Assembly: GCA_963739455.1 (NCBI GenBank)
Contig: CAVUAK010000002.1
Coordinates: 416,001-480,000 of the forward strand
Source of the DNA: an uncultured Gemmatimonadales bacterium
Lineage (GTDB): Bacteria; Gemmatimonadota; Gemmatimonadetes; Gemmatimonadales; GWC2-71-9
Length of the DNA stretch: 64,000 nt
Reading direction: 5' to 3'
The translations under genes and the position numbers were made by a program. The notes beneath the pieces were generated by a model, which was given only the letters and a program-made list of their open reading frames with translations, did no database searches and was not told where the DNA came from. Numbering within the stretch: the first letter of the stretch is position 1; each line of letters opens with the position of its first letter. This document shows positions 62,832 to 64,000 of this stretch, piece after piece.

Positions 62832-63470
62832 TCACTTGGAATACAGCTCGACGATCAGCTGTTCCTGCGCGTTGATCGGGATCGCCTCGCGAGTCGGACG
62901 CTCGAGCAGTCGGCCCGAAGCCTTCTCGGTGTCGATGTTGAGCCAGGAGACCGGCTGGCCACGTGACGCGTACTCCTGCGCCATGTGGACCGACACCAGC
63001 TCGCGGCTCGACGGGGCGACGCGGATTTCCTGGCCCGGGAGTACACGGAACGACGGGATGTCGACCCGCTTGCCGTTCACTTCCACGTGACCATGGCCGA
63101 TGAGCTGGCGCGCGGCCTTGCGGCTGGAGGCAAATCCCAGGCGGTACACGATGTTGTCGAGACGGGTCTCGAGCGCGACGAGCAGGTTCGTGCCCTTCAC
63201 GCCGGCCTCGTGGCTGACGCCATCGAACAGGTTGCGGAACTGGCTCTCGGAGAGGCCGTAGATCCGCTTCACCTTCTGCTTCTCACGCAGCTGCTTGGCG
63301 TACTCGGACGTCTTGCGGCCGCGACCCTGCGTCTGCTGGCCATGCTGGCCCGGCGGATAGGCGCGGCGCTCCACCGGGCACTTCTCGGTGAGGCACTTGG
63401 GCCCCTTGAGGAACAGCTTGGTTCCCTCGCGGCGGCACAGCTTGCAGCTTGCTCCAGTATACCGTGACAT
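62832..63470 (-). CDS. rpsD: 30S ribosomal protein S4
   Basis: CKLCRREG, QLREKQK, LETRLDN, LIVELYSK. Confidence 0.98.
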   Translation of the reverse strand: MSRYTGASCKLCRREGTKLFLKGPKCLTEKCPVERRAYPPGQHGQQTQGRGRKTSEYAKQLREKQKVKRIYGLSESQFRNLFDGVSHEAGVKGTNLLVALETRLDNIVYRLGFASSRKAARQLIGHGHVEVNGKRVDIPSFRVLPGQEIRVAPSSRELVSVHMAQEYASRGQPVSWLNIDTEKASGRLLERPTREAIPINAQEQLIVELYSK

Positions 63471-63473
63471 GGC

Positions 63474-63917
63474 TCAGACCCGACGCTTCTTGGGGGGACG
63501 GCAGCCGTTGTGCGGAATCGGCGTGACATCGCGGATGGACACGACCCGAAGTCCGACCGACGCGAGCGCCTGGATGGCCGACTCACGTCCACTGCCGGGA
63601 CCCTGCACCCGCACGTGAACCCGGCGCAGGCCCATGTTCATGGCCTCGCGCGCGCAGTTCTCGGCGGCGACGGTGGCGGCGAACGGGGTGGACTTCTTCG
63701 AGCCCTTGAACCCGGCCTTGCCCGCGGTGCCCCACGCCAGCGTGTTGCCACGCATGTCGGTGAGCGTAATCAGCACGTTGTTGAAGGTCGCGGAGATGTG
63801 CGCGATACCCTCGGACTCGACGGCCTTCTTGCCCCGCTTCGCTGCCGACGCCTTGGGGGCGGCGGTCGGCGCGGCGGCTTCCGGTTCCTGCTCGGTCGGC
63901 TGCGTTGGTGTCGTCAT
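63474..63917 (-). CDS. rpsK: 30S ribosomal protein S11
   Basis: [46 protein letters not shown]. Confidence 0.98.
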   Translation of the reverse strand: MTTPTQPTEQEPEAAAPTAAPKASAAKRGKKAVESEGIAHISATFNNVLITLTDMRGNTLAWGTAGKAGFKGSKKSTPFAATVAAENCAREAMNMGLRRVHVRVQGPGSGRESAIQALASVGLRVVSIRDVTPIPHNGCRPPKKRRV

Positions 63918-64000
63918 TTACTTCTTCGTCGCCTTCTTCTTGCCAGCAATGGCAACGCGACGGCCCTTCTTGGTCCGCGCATTGGTATGAGTGCGCTGTC
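63918..64000 (-). CDS. rpsM: 30S ribosomal protein S13, 3' end
   Basis: Manual translation QRTHTNARTKKGRRVAIAGKKKATKK-stop. Confidence 0.93.
   Translation of the reverse strand, partial: QRTHTNARTKKGRRVAIAGKKKATKK

Overview
High-GC bacterial core-genome segment, most likely Gemmatimonadota (inferred from protein sequences and gene order, not from a search). Nearly all genes are on the minus strand. In order: recA (partial), yraN, ftsK, comB-like, accC/pilT-like/accB/pepP/aroQ, two large TPR proteins, ppiD/surA, tatA, polyprenyl synthase, hutH, a TatC-LptD single ORF, the tol-pal cluster, a LysM/TsaP-like gene, ssb, rimI-tsaB-tsaE, uvrB, EVE, relA/spoT, radC, secA, nadD, bamD, a nucleotide-sugar block (uxs, ugd, wbpA/B/E/D, fcl, gmd, rmd-like) with murB and carB, rpmB and the end of the alpha operon. 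I found no IS, prophage, CRISPR or RNA gene. Many genes, including normally essential ones, carry single-base frameshifts that look like assembly errors, so every fusion call needs read-level checking. Most notable: (1) a 1165-aa TatC-[internal signal peptide]-LptD polyprotein; (2) a TTCGG-N6-TTCGG direct repeat in both the recA and uvrB promoters, a candidate SOS box; (3) sigma54 promoters, one with IHF sites and one abutting an octamer-built inverted repeat; (4) recurrent leaderless-type promoters; (5) an in-frame Rmd-like/Gmd ORF; (6) scattered Myxococcus-like type IV pilus accessory genes.
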